From an uncultured Methylomirabilota bacterium (lineage in GTDB: Bacteria; Methylomirabilota; Methylomirabilia; Methylomirabilales; 2-02-FULL-66-22), in the NCBI GenBank assembly GCA_963845565.1, contig CAWJSJ010000002.1:576001-640000 (forward strand): a DNA stretch of 64,000 bases, given 5' to 3'. The first letter of the stretch is position 1. Every line of letters begins with the position of its first letter. The notes under the pieces were generated by a model that had not been told where the DNA came from, made no database searches, and saw nothing but the letters and a program-made list of their open reading frames with translations. Positions 33,221 to 41,031 of the stretch are shown here, one piece after another. The translations under genes were made by a program, and so were the position numbers.

Positions 33221-33814
33221 GTGTCCTTCATCAATTACGCGGCTCGGGAGATCAACTGCAAGCTGGTGTACTACGGACCCGGCCTGTGTGGGAAGACCAC
33301 CAATCTCCAGCAGATCTACGCCCGCATCGAGCCCACCGCCAAGGGAAAGCTGATTTCCCTGTCCACCGAGACGGAGCGGACACTCTTCTTCGACTTCCTG
33401 CCCTTGGATCTCGGAAACATCCGGGGGTTCAAGACGCGCTTTCATCTGTACACCGTGCCGGGGCAGGTGTTCTACGATGCCAGCCGCAAGCTCATCCTCA
33501 AGGGGGCCGACGGCGTGGTGTTCGTGGCAGACTCCCAGATCGAGCGGATGGAATCCAACCTCGAGAGCTGGGAGAATCTGGAAGGGAATCTGAGCGAACA
33601 GGGCCAGACGCTGAGAACCGTGCCCCATGTCATCCAGTACAACAAGCGCGACCTGCCCAACGTCGTCCCGCTGGACGAAATGCAAGCCGCGCTCAACGAA
33701 CACAACGCCCCCTGGCTCGAGGCCTGCGCGGTCAAGGGGGTCGGCGTGTTCGAAACGCTGAAGGCCTCTGCCAAGCTGGTCCTGACCGACCTCAAAAAGA
33801 AGATGGGGGGCTGA
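33221..33814 (+). CDS. mglA: small Ras-like GTPase MglA
   Basis: GTG start; SFINYAAREINCKLVYYGPGLCGKTTNL, TETERTLFFDFLP, TVPGQV and NKRD. Confidence 0.96.
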   Translation: MSFINYAAREINCKLVYYGPGLCGKTTNLQQIYARIEPTAKGKLISLSTETERTLFFDFLPLDLGNIRGFKTRFHLYTVPGQVFYDASRKLILKGADGVVFVADSQIERMESNLESWENLEGNLSEQGQTLRTVPHVIQYNKRDLPNVVPLDEMQAALNEHNAPWLEACAVKGVGVFETLKASAKLVLTDLKKKMGG

Positions 33815-33846
33815 TTCGGCCGGGGGACCCGGCCCGCGTATCCGAC

Positions 33847-33875
33847 TTGCAGGAGCGGCCGCCTGTTGTTATAAT
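33847..33875 (+). promoter_or_regulatory. sigma70-type promoter of the tRNA-Asn locus
   Basis: TTGCAG-N17-TATAAT followed by the GC-rich discriminator GCGCCGCC. Confidence 0.8.
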
Positions 33876-33894
33876 GCGCCGCCTCAGGGAGTAT

Positions 33895-33961
33895 TCCCCG
33901 GTAGCTCAATGGTGCCCACCCACCCGAACAGCCCCGGCGGGTCGGGCGGGGAGCGAGCGGC
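33895..33961 (+). pseudogene. 5' half-copy of tRNA-Asn (first 31 nt) with a 36-nt hairpin insertion at 33915-33950
   Basis: TCCCCGGTAGCTCAATGGTG + insert + GAGCGAGCGGC is identical to 34210-34240 once the insert is removed. Confidence 0.9.
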
Positions 33962-33968
33962 CGAAGAG

Positions 33969-34253
33969 ATGGGGCGGACCGTATACATTCTCGAGAATCT
34001 GAATGGCTCGCACTACATCGGGATGTCAGAAAACGTCCCGCGGCGCCTGAGGGAACACAAAGCGGGGCAAGTGAAATCCACCAAATCCGGACGTCCGTGG
34101 GTCATTCTTCTTGAGGAGCGGATTGGAGGCCGGAAAGAAGCGCGGGTTCGCGAGCGCTACTGGAAATCCGGCGCAGGGAGGAGAATCCTAGCAAAGATCC
34201 ATTCGAGTTTCCCCGGTAGCTCAATGGTGGAGCGAGCGGCTGTTAACCGCTAG
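33969..34253 (+). CDS. small GIY-YIG nuclease (94 aa)
   Basis: TVYIL...HYIGMSENVPRRLREH...STK...PW...EARVRERYWKSGAGR. The TAG stop lies inside tRNA-Asn. Confidence 0.9.
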   Translation: MGRTVYILENLNGSHYIGMSENVPRRLREHKAGQVKSTKSGRPWVILLEERIGGRKEARVRERYWKSGAGRRILAKIHSSFPGSSMVERAAVNR

Positions 34254-34284
34254 GTTGTAGGTTCGAGTCCTACCCGGGGAGCCA
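34210..34284 (+). tRNA. tRNA-Asn(GTT)
   Basis: Anticodon arm AGCGG-CT-GTT-AA-CCGCT; GTTCGAGTCC; acceptor TCCCCGG/CCGGGGA; GCCA end. Confidence 0.96.
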
Positions 34285-34371
34285 TTGATAGACGCGGCTG
34301 CGGCCCACGTGACAACAAGTTGCGTGGGCCGTGGTATTTGGGGGCCGATACGGTCGCGCGTTTGCAACGTG

Positions 34372-34878
34372 TCACGCCGGCGTCCGGCCCTGCGCCGCGT
34401 TCGCCTTCGCCCGGTGGACCTTGCTGCGGGCCGTGCCCGACTGGAAACAGGGCTGGCAATACTCTCGCTTGCGCTCCCGCCAGAACCACGCCCCGCAGTG
34501 CCGACAGCGGCGCAGGCGGTCGCCTCGGGCTTCCAAGAGCTGCAGCAGGCCCTGATCCTGCGCCCTCGCGTCTCGGAACCGTTCGACCGTCAGCCCTCCT
34601 GCCGCGGGCGACACCCTCGCCACCACCGGACAGCGAATCGCGAGGCCCTTGTGGAAGAGCCGCAGCACCCGCCGGTGAAAGGCCTGCGTCTCCCGCTCCC
34701 GGTCCACGGTTGGCAGGGCGGCCCATTCGGTCCCGCTCAGGGGCCGACTGAAGGCCAGCGTTCGCGTGAGCCCCGCCAGGATCTCCCCGCCTGCCCCGAC
34801 TGGCTGTTGCAGCAGCCAGCACACCGCTAGCGCTTGCCCCTTGTGGATCGCCAACTGCTGCCTCGCCCTGGTCTGCAT
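34372..34878 (-). CDS. hypothetical protein with a C-terminal CGNR-like zinc finger
   Basis: RLRRCRHCGAWF...REYCQPC followed by a basic tail. Confidence 0.55.
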   Translation of the reverse strand: MQTRARQQLAIHKGQALAVCWLLQQPVGAGGEILAGLTRTLAFSRPLSGTEWAALPTVDRERETQAFHRRVLRLFHKGLAIRCPVVARVSPAAGGLTVERFRDARAQDQGLLQLLEARGDRLRRCRHCGAWFWRERKREYCQPCFQSGTARSKVHRAKANAAQGRTPA

Positions 34879-35725
34879 CACGATAGGATAGCATTGATCG
34901 TTGTATCGTCGCAAGGGGCGATGCGAAGAGGCGAGGCAACTGTAGAGAAACAGGCTGACTGCAGGTGGTCCTCGAATCTTCCGGTGTGGTCATCCGATGA
35001 ACGAACGCACGGACGGCAGATGGAAATACGGACGGTGCGTTGCGGGCAGTCGCCGGGAGCGCCGGTTCCCGAAGGCCAACCTTGAACGCAAGCAGGTACG
35101 GGGCGGTCGACAAAACCGCCTCTGCGTTTCTCCGTTTCACGAGACGGGTAGCGACCAGAGCGATCACCGAGGTAGATTCAAGACCTCAGAGTTCGTCTCC
35201 GCCGTGAATTGATGCATTGTGGATGGACTGAGGGTGAACAGGGGTGGTCACGATAGATGTGAAGACATGATTATATCGTCACCGCAACGACGCGACAACC
35301 CCTCGTCACTATTGGCCGAACGGAAAGTACCGGACACCTCTTGATGCGTAAGTCGTGGATTTCCTTGTAGCGACAATCAGACTCTTCTCGCGCGAAGCCA
35401 GGAGAATGATCCGGCCCATCGTAACCGAAGGATGGCTGATCAGTGTCGGCGCGTCCGCAGGGACTCCGAGCGTGCTGTCCAAAGAAGTCCGACTGGGGCG
35501 CCGTAATGGAGTGTTGCCTTCGTGAACGTATCTGATACCTCTCTGTGGACGCGTTGGGCCTCCAGATTCGCCGGACGCTACTGGACTCGCCGGGAAACGA
35601 CGGACGGCGCCCCGGGGACCGGCGCGGTTCGGGGCCAACGCGGGCTGAGTGTAAGTGAAGGAGCGCAGCACCGTAAGCCGTTGTCAAAGAATGGCTTGAC
35701 CGGAGAAATTCCGGAAACGGCATAA

Positions 35726-35774
35726 GGAGCCGTAACGAAATCAAAAAATGGCCAAGTTATTTCGTAACGGCTCC
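35726..35774. mobile_element. 49-bp mini-MITE with 16-bp terminal inverted repeats and TAA target-site duplication
   Basis: TAA|GGAGCCGTAACGAAAT...ATTTCGTAACGGCTCC|TAA. Confidence 0.7.
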
Positions 35775-35947
35775 TAACAGTCCCGCAACACGGGGGGGAC
35801 CAGCGACGATATGTGCGGCGCACCGGGCACCGGAGTCCCGGTGGTCTCGCGGACGCTGAAGTCTGCTCCTTGCATGATTGGCCGTCCGCACTGGGCGACC
35901 GCAGGGGAGGCGCCAGCCTTGCCCAATGGTTGGCAGTTTCTCCGCGC

Positions 35948-37231
35948 TCACTTCGCCGGAAGGAGAAGATTGGGCAGCCACATTGCCAGAGACGGAATAT
36001 AGGTAACCAGGAGGAGCGCAATCGTCAGGGCGATCAGGAACGGCCACACTTCCCGCGAGAACTCGCCGATGCTCACCTTTCCGAGGCCACACACAACGTA
36101 CATGATCATCCCGACGGGGGGCGTGATCGTCCCGATCATGCTGTTGACCGTGAACACCACCCCGAAGTGCACCGGATCAATCCCCGCCTGCTGGATGATG
36201 GGCATGATGACCGGGATGGTCATGACCAGGACGGCGATCCCCTCCATGAAGCAGCCGACGATTAGGAAGAGAAGGTTGAGGATGAGATACAGTTGCCACT
36301 GGCTCAGGCTGATGCTCTGGAACAGGGCGAAGAGCGCCTGGGGAGCCTGTTCGAGGGTGAGCACCCACCCGAAGGGCTGTGCGGCGGAGATGATGATTGC
36401 CACGGCGGCGGTGCTGAGCGCCGAGTCAACAACGACCTTTCCGAGGTCCCTCAGGGCGAGCTCGTGGTAGACGAAGTACCCCAGGATGAAGGCGTAGGCC
36501 GCGCCGGCCGCCGCGGCCTCGGTAGGCGTCATGACGCCGCCGATGATCCCGCCGAGAATGATCGCGGGCATGCCCAGGGGCGGAAGGGCCCGCACGGTCG
36601 CGCGCCCGAGCTCTGCGCGGGTCGCGCGGGGCTCACTCGGATAGTGCCGCCGCCTGGCAATGAAATAGACGAAGATCATGAGCATGAGCCCCATCAGCAC
36701 CCCGGGAATGGCCCCCGCCAGGAGCAGCCGGCCGATGGAGGCGTTGGCGATCGAGCCGTAGATAACGAAGGGGATACTCGGGGGAATGATCGGGCCGATG
36801 GTGGACGCCGCGCCTACGATGGCCGCGCCGAACCCCTTGCCGTAACGGGCCTTCTCCATGGCTGGCAGCAGCACGCTCCCGGTGCCGGCGGCGTCCGCCA
36901 CCCCGGAGCCGGACATGCCCGCCATGATCATGTTGGCGACGACGGAGACGTGCGCGAGGCCGCCCGTGATATGGCCGACGAGGGTCCGGGCGAAGGAAAC
37001 CAACCGGTCCGTGATGCCGCCGGTGTTCATCAGGTTGCCCGCCAGAATGAAGAACGGGATCGCCAGCAGGGGAAAGGTATCGATCCCCCCGATCATCCGC
37101 TGGACCATTCCGTGCAAGGGCACGTGGGCGCCGAAGACCATGTACACGGCAGCGGCAGCGGCCATGGACCACGCGATGGGCGTGCCGAGCGCGAAAAGCA
37201 CGAGCATGATGACGAAAAGCCAGGCCATCAT
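35948..37231 (-). CDS. dctM: TRAP transporter large permease
   Basis: FPLLAIPFFILAGNLMN, GPIIPPSIP, TPTEAAA and ITPPVG motifs. Confidence 0.93.
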   Translation of the reverse strand: MMAWLFVIMLVLFALGTPIAWSMAAAAAVYMVFGAHVPLHGMVQRMIGGIDTFPLLAIPFFILAGNLMNTGGITDRLVSFARTLVGHITGGLAHVSVVANMIMAGMSGSGVADAAGTGSVLLPAMEKARYGKGFGAAIVGAASTIGPIIPPSIPFVIYGSIANASIGRLLLAGAIPGVLMGLMLMIFVYFIARRRHYPSEPRATRAELGRATVRALPPLGMPAIILGGIIGGVMTPTEAAAAGAAYAFILGYFVYHELALRDLGKVVVDSALSTAAVAIIISAAQPFGWVLTLEQAPQALFALFQSISLSQWQLYLILNLLFLIVGCFMEGIAVLVMTIPVIMPIIQQAGIDPVHFGVVFTVNSMIGTITPPVGMIMYVVCGLGKVSIGEFSREVWPFLIALTIALLLVTYIPSLAMWLPNLLLPAK

Positions 37232-37710
37232 GCGCGGCCCTCCCTCGCGATGAGGCCGCGGAGGTTGCCCCAGAACCCCCCGAGGGCGTGGAGGAACATC
37301 AGCGCGGCAGAGAAGGGCACCACGGCGTACACGACGTATTGCGGGATCTTGAGGGTCGAAGTGGCCTGGGTGGCCATGGTGCACAGGGCGTAGCCGTGAT
37401 AGGCGATGGCCCCCATCAGGACCAGGACCACCGTTTCCACCACCACGGCGCAGAACGCTCGCGCCCGCGGAGGCAGCAGCGCGGTGATCGCGTCGATGAC
37501 GATGTGCGTCTTGCGCTTGCTGCAGGCGGCGGCGCCCAGGAACACCACCCAGATGAAGGCGTAGCGGGAGAACTCTTCCGCCCACTGGATCGGGCTGTTG
37601 AAGACGTACCGCAGCACGACATTCCCGAAGGTCGCCAGGGACATCAGGACCAGGAAGGTGCCGGCAGCGACCTCCTCGAAGTTCTTGCAGACGAACCGCA
37701 GTGCACCCAT
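37228..37710 (-). CDS. dctQ: TRAP transporter small permease
   Basis: VVLRYVFNSPIQWAEEFSRYAFIWVVFLGA. Confidence 0.92.
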   Translation of the reverse strand: MGALRFVCKNFEEVAAGTFLVLMSLATFGNVVLRYVFNSPIQWAEEFSRYAFIWVVFLGAAACSKRKTHIVIDAITALLPPRARAFCAVVVETVVLVLMGAIAYHGYALCTMATQATSTLKIPQYVVYAVVPFSAALMFLHALGGFWGNLRGLIAREGRA

Positions 37711-37731
37711 GGAGTCAACCCCTCCAAACAT

Positions 37732-37769
37732 TCACGGGGTGGCACGAGCATGCTCGTGCCACCCCGTGA
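37732..37769. repeat. perfect 38-bp palindrome (REP-like)
   Basis: TCACGGGGTGGCACGAGCA|TGCTCGTGCCACCCCGTGA. Confidence 0.85.
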
Positions 37770-37782
37770 CGCAGGTTGCGGA

Positions 37783-38817
37783 CTAGTACTTGGCGGCGTC
37801 CTGGACGATCCTTTCGTACATTCCCTTCCCGAAGCTGGGTTCGAACTCCTTCCAGGCATCTTTGGTCGCTCGGGCGAAATCGGCTCGGTTGACTTCCGCG
37901 ATGACCATGCCCTTGTCTTTCAGGTCCTGAAGGTTCTTCGTATTGACCTTGATCGTGAGTTCGCTCTGAAAGTCGCCGGCCTCCATGGCGGCCTTGGTCA
38001 GGAGCTGCTGCAGCTCGGGGGACAGCTTCTGGTAGAACGTCTCGTTGATGATGATCACCAGGTTCATGGCCATGTGGCCGGTGAGCGTCAGGTACTTCTG
38101 CACCTCGAAGAACTTCCGGTTGTAGATGATGTTGAACGGGTTCTCCTGCCCGTCCACGACGCCCATCTGCAACGCGGTATACAGTTCCGCGACGGCCATG
38201 GGGACGGTGGACGCCCCGAGGGCCGCCATGGCCGACTTGGCGACGGGCGTGTCCATGGTGCGGACCTTCAGATTCTTGACGTCCTCCGGCTTGGCGATCG
38301 CCTTCTTGCTGGTCGTCAGGTGGCGCTCGCCAAACCACCAGCCCATGTCGAGGCAGCGGATGCTGCTCGTCTTGGCCGCCTTCTCCCCGATCTCCGTCAC
38401 GAAGAGCGGGCTGCGCGTCAACTTGACGAGCTTGCGGGCCAACTCCCCCTCGGACTTCCCTTGGAGGATGTACGGCATGGCCAGGACGCCCGCCGGGCCC
38501 CATCCGTCGTAGACGGCGATGTTCATCGGGCCGGTGAGGGCCATCTCGATCACGCCCGTCTTCACCTGCTCGACGAAGTCCTTCTCACTTCCGAGCTGGC
38601 TGGCCGGGAAGATCTGCACGGTCACGGCGCCGCCGGTTCGCTCTTTCACCAACTGGGCAAACCGCTCCACCCCTTCATGGAAGGGGATGCCCGCCACGCC
38701 CGTGTGGGCGAACCGGATGTTCGTCTTGGGGAAGGTTGCGGCAGCGGCATGCCCGACCAGGAGCCCGACCGCCGCGACAAGGGTAAGGACCGCGAGACCG
38801 ACCGATCGCGTGCGCAT
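37783..38817 (-). CDS. dctP: TRAP transporter substrate-binding protein
   Basis: Signal peptide; FPASQLGSE, LKVR and ELYTALQMGVVDGQENP motifs. Confidence 0.93.
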   Translation of the reverse strand: MRTRSVGLAVLTLVAAVGLLVGHAAAATFPKTNIRFAHTGVAGIPFHEGVERFAQLVKERTGGAVTVQIFPASQLGSEKDFVEQVKTGVIEMALTGPMNIAVYDGWGPAGVLAMPYILQGKSEGELARKLVKLTRSPLFVTEIGEKAAKTSSIRCLDMGWWFGERHLTTSKKAIAKPEDVKNLKVRTMDTPVAKSAMAALGASTVPMAVAELYTALQMGVVDGQENPFNIIYNRKFFEVQKYLTLTGHMAMNLVIIINETFYQKLSPELQQLLTKAAMEAGDFQSELTIKVNTKNLQDLKDKGMVIAEVNRADFARATKDAWKEFEPSFGKGMYERIVQDAAKY

Positions 38818-39294
38818 GGGAAACCTCCTCCTTCGCTATGGGTGGATTCCGTTGCTTCAGCGTCCCGGTACCCGTCGACGCCACTCTCGCCGATTGCCGG
38901 GCGCTGCGTCAAGAGCCATCTTGCGTCGTGACGGGATTCCGCAGCCCCGTCGCGGGTCGGTGGGTGAGGGCGGGGCTAGCCCGCCGGTGGCGGCGTGAGG
39001 CCGACATACTCCCCGGCCCGGACCACGCCCACCGCCACTAGCCCCCGGTCGGTCGTGCGGGTCCGGCCATCCGCATCGCTCAAGCGGAACGTGCCGCGCT
39101 TGATCCGCAGGAGGGTCGCAACCCCAACGCCGCCCAACGCGAGGGTCCCGAGCCCGGGATGCCGGAGGACCCTCGATTGTTTTCGGTGAATTCGCCTGGG
39201 ACGGAGATGTGCGCTCCCCAGCGGAATCTCCTGATCAGCCCCCGCCGGGCAATACTCTCCGGGGCTCTACGCCGCGAGCGCGCCAGCGTTTTTC

Positions 39295-40125
39295 CTACCC
39301 CTTCACCGCACCGGCGGTGATGCCTTGGACGAGGTAGCGCTCCAGAAAGCCGTAGAGGATGAGGACCGGGAGCGTGGCCAGCACGGCGGCGGCCATCATC
39401 TCGTTCCAGACCACCTGGTACTCCCCCATCATGTTGGCGATCCCCACCGAGAGCGGGAACATCTTGGGGTCGGTGGTGAGCACCAAGGCGAACACGTAGG
39501 CGTTCCAGGCCAGGAGGAAGGTGAAGATGGCCACGGCCACGAGACCCGGGAGGCACAGGGGCAGGATCACGCGCCAGAAGGCCTTGATCCGGCCGCAGCC
39601 GTCCACCATGGCGGCCTCGTCCAGTTCCAGTGGGATGGAGCGGAAGAAGCCGATCAGCATCCAGGTCGAGAACGGCAGCGCGAAGGAGGCGTAGGCCAGG
39701 ATCAGCGCCAGGTAGGTGTTGATCAGCCCGAGATTTGCCATCAGTTGGAAGTAGGGGATGATGAGGAGCGTTCCGGGCAGCATCTGGGTGAAGAGCAGCA
39801 GCAGGACGAGCGGCCGTTCCCAGCGCATGCGGAAGCGGGAGAAGCCGTACGCCGCCAGCGCCGAGAGCAGCATGGCCAGCAGTGTGGAGCCGACCGAGAC
39901 CACGGCGCTGTTCCAGAAGAAGCGGCCCACAGCGCGGGTCGCCAGCACCCGTGCGTATCCCGCCAGGGTCCAGCTCGAGGAGACGAATGTCGGCGGCGAC
40001 AGGAAGACCTCGCTCTGCGGCTTCAGCGAGGTGTTGAGCATCCAGTAGAACGGGAAGACCGTCACCAGGAGGAGGAGCAGCATCCCCGTCCAGGTGGCCG
40101 CCGTGGCCAGGTCGTGTCGCTTCAT
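39295..40125 (-). CDS. carbohydrate ABC transporter permease
   Basis: IPLELDEAAMVDG EAA loop; C-terminal GITAGAVKG. Confidence 0.9.
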   Translation of the reverse strand: MKRHDLATAATWTGMLLLLLVTVFPFYWMLNTSLKPQSEVFLSPPTFVSSSWTLAGYARVLATRAVGRFFWNSAVVSVGSTLLAMLLSALAAYGFSRFRMRWERPLVLLLLFTQMLPGTLLIIPYFQLMANLGLINTYLALILAYASFALPFSTWMLIGFFRSIPLELDEAAMVDGCGRIKAFWRVILPLCLPGLVAVAIFTFLLAWNAYVFALVLTTDPKMFPLSVGIANMMGEYQVVWNEMMAAAVLATLPVLILYGFLERYLVQGITAGAVKG

Positions 40126-41030
40126 GGCGCCGTCGCTCCGCTCCGCTCCGACTGCAATACCAGGATGTAGAGGCTGGAGAAAACCAGCAGCAGGGCCAGC
40201 AGGATCACGCCGATGGCCGCCGCGGGCCCGAACCGGTTCGCCTGGAACGCCGTGTTGAAGATGAGCACGGGGAGCACCTCGGTGGCGTTGATGGGGCCGC
40301 CCCGCGTCATGACCGCCACGATGTCGAAGGTGCGGATGGTGTTGATCACGTCCAGCGTCGTGGCCACCACGAGCAGGTAACGGAGGTGCGGAAGCGTTAC
40401 GAAGAGGAACCGTTGCAGGGCTCCCGCCCCGTCGATGGAGGCCGCCTCGTACTCCTCCTTGGGCACGGTCTGGAGGCCAGCCAGCAGGATCAGCATGACG
40501 AAGGGAAAGCCTCGCCACACGTCCACGGCGATGACGGACCACAGCGCCAGCGCCGGCTCTCCCAGCCAGACCTGGTTGGCCGCGATCAGCCCGACTGATC
40601 GCAGCAGGTGGTTCACCACGCCGAAGTGCGGATCCAGCAGCCACACCCAGGCGATGGCCCCGATCACCGGCGTCACCATCCAGGGGGTGAGGAACGCCAG
40701 GCGGATGGTGGTCCGCCCGCGGCGCAGAGTGTTGAGGAACAGCGCCACCGGCATGCCGATGGCGAGGTGCAGCCCCACGCAGGCGGCGGTGAAGACGACC
40801 GACACGCGGAGCGAGTTCCAGAAGGCGGTGTCGTCCAGAAGGCGCGTGTAGTTCTGAAGGCCCACGAAGCGGACGTTCACCCCGGCTTCGCGGTAGAGGC
40901 TGGTGACGAAGGCGTGGGCCAGCGGGAGAATGATGATGCCAAGGAGGAACAGCAGCATGGGGGCGACGAAGAGATACCCCAGCCACCGCTCCCGCCGCAG
41001 CCCTCGTCCCAGCCACCCGGCCTGGGGCAC
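40122..41030 (-). CDS. carbohydrate ABC transporter permease
   Basis: EEYEAASIDGA loop; FVGLQNY. Confidence 0.9.
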   Translation of the reverse strand: MPQAGWLGRGLRRERWLGYLFVAPMLLFLLGIIILPLAHAFVTSLYREAGVNVRFVGLQNYTRLLDDTAFWNSLRVSVVFTAACVGLHLAIGMPVALFLNTLRRGRTTIRLAFLTPWMVTPVIGAIAWVWLLDPHFGVVNHLLRSVGLIAANQVWLGEPALALWSVIAVDVWRGFPFVMLILLAGLQTVPKEEYEAASIDGAGALQRFLFVTLPHLRYLLVVATTLDVINTIRTFDIVAVMTRGGPINATEVLPVLIFNTAFQANRFGPAAAIGVILLALLLVFSSLYILVLQSERSGATAP

Positions 41031-41031
41031 C

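Noticed and set aside
33895..34284. Group I intron with a homing endonuclease inside tRNA-Asn
   Set aside because: The downstream tRNA is complete on its own, and the ~250 bp between the copies is almost all ORF, with no room for an intron core.
38942..38964. Similarity to the tRNA hairpin insert (CAGCCCCG...CGGGTCGG..GGG)
   Set aside because: The match is short, gapped and GC-rich, and the complementary 5' arm is absent, so chance is likely.
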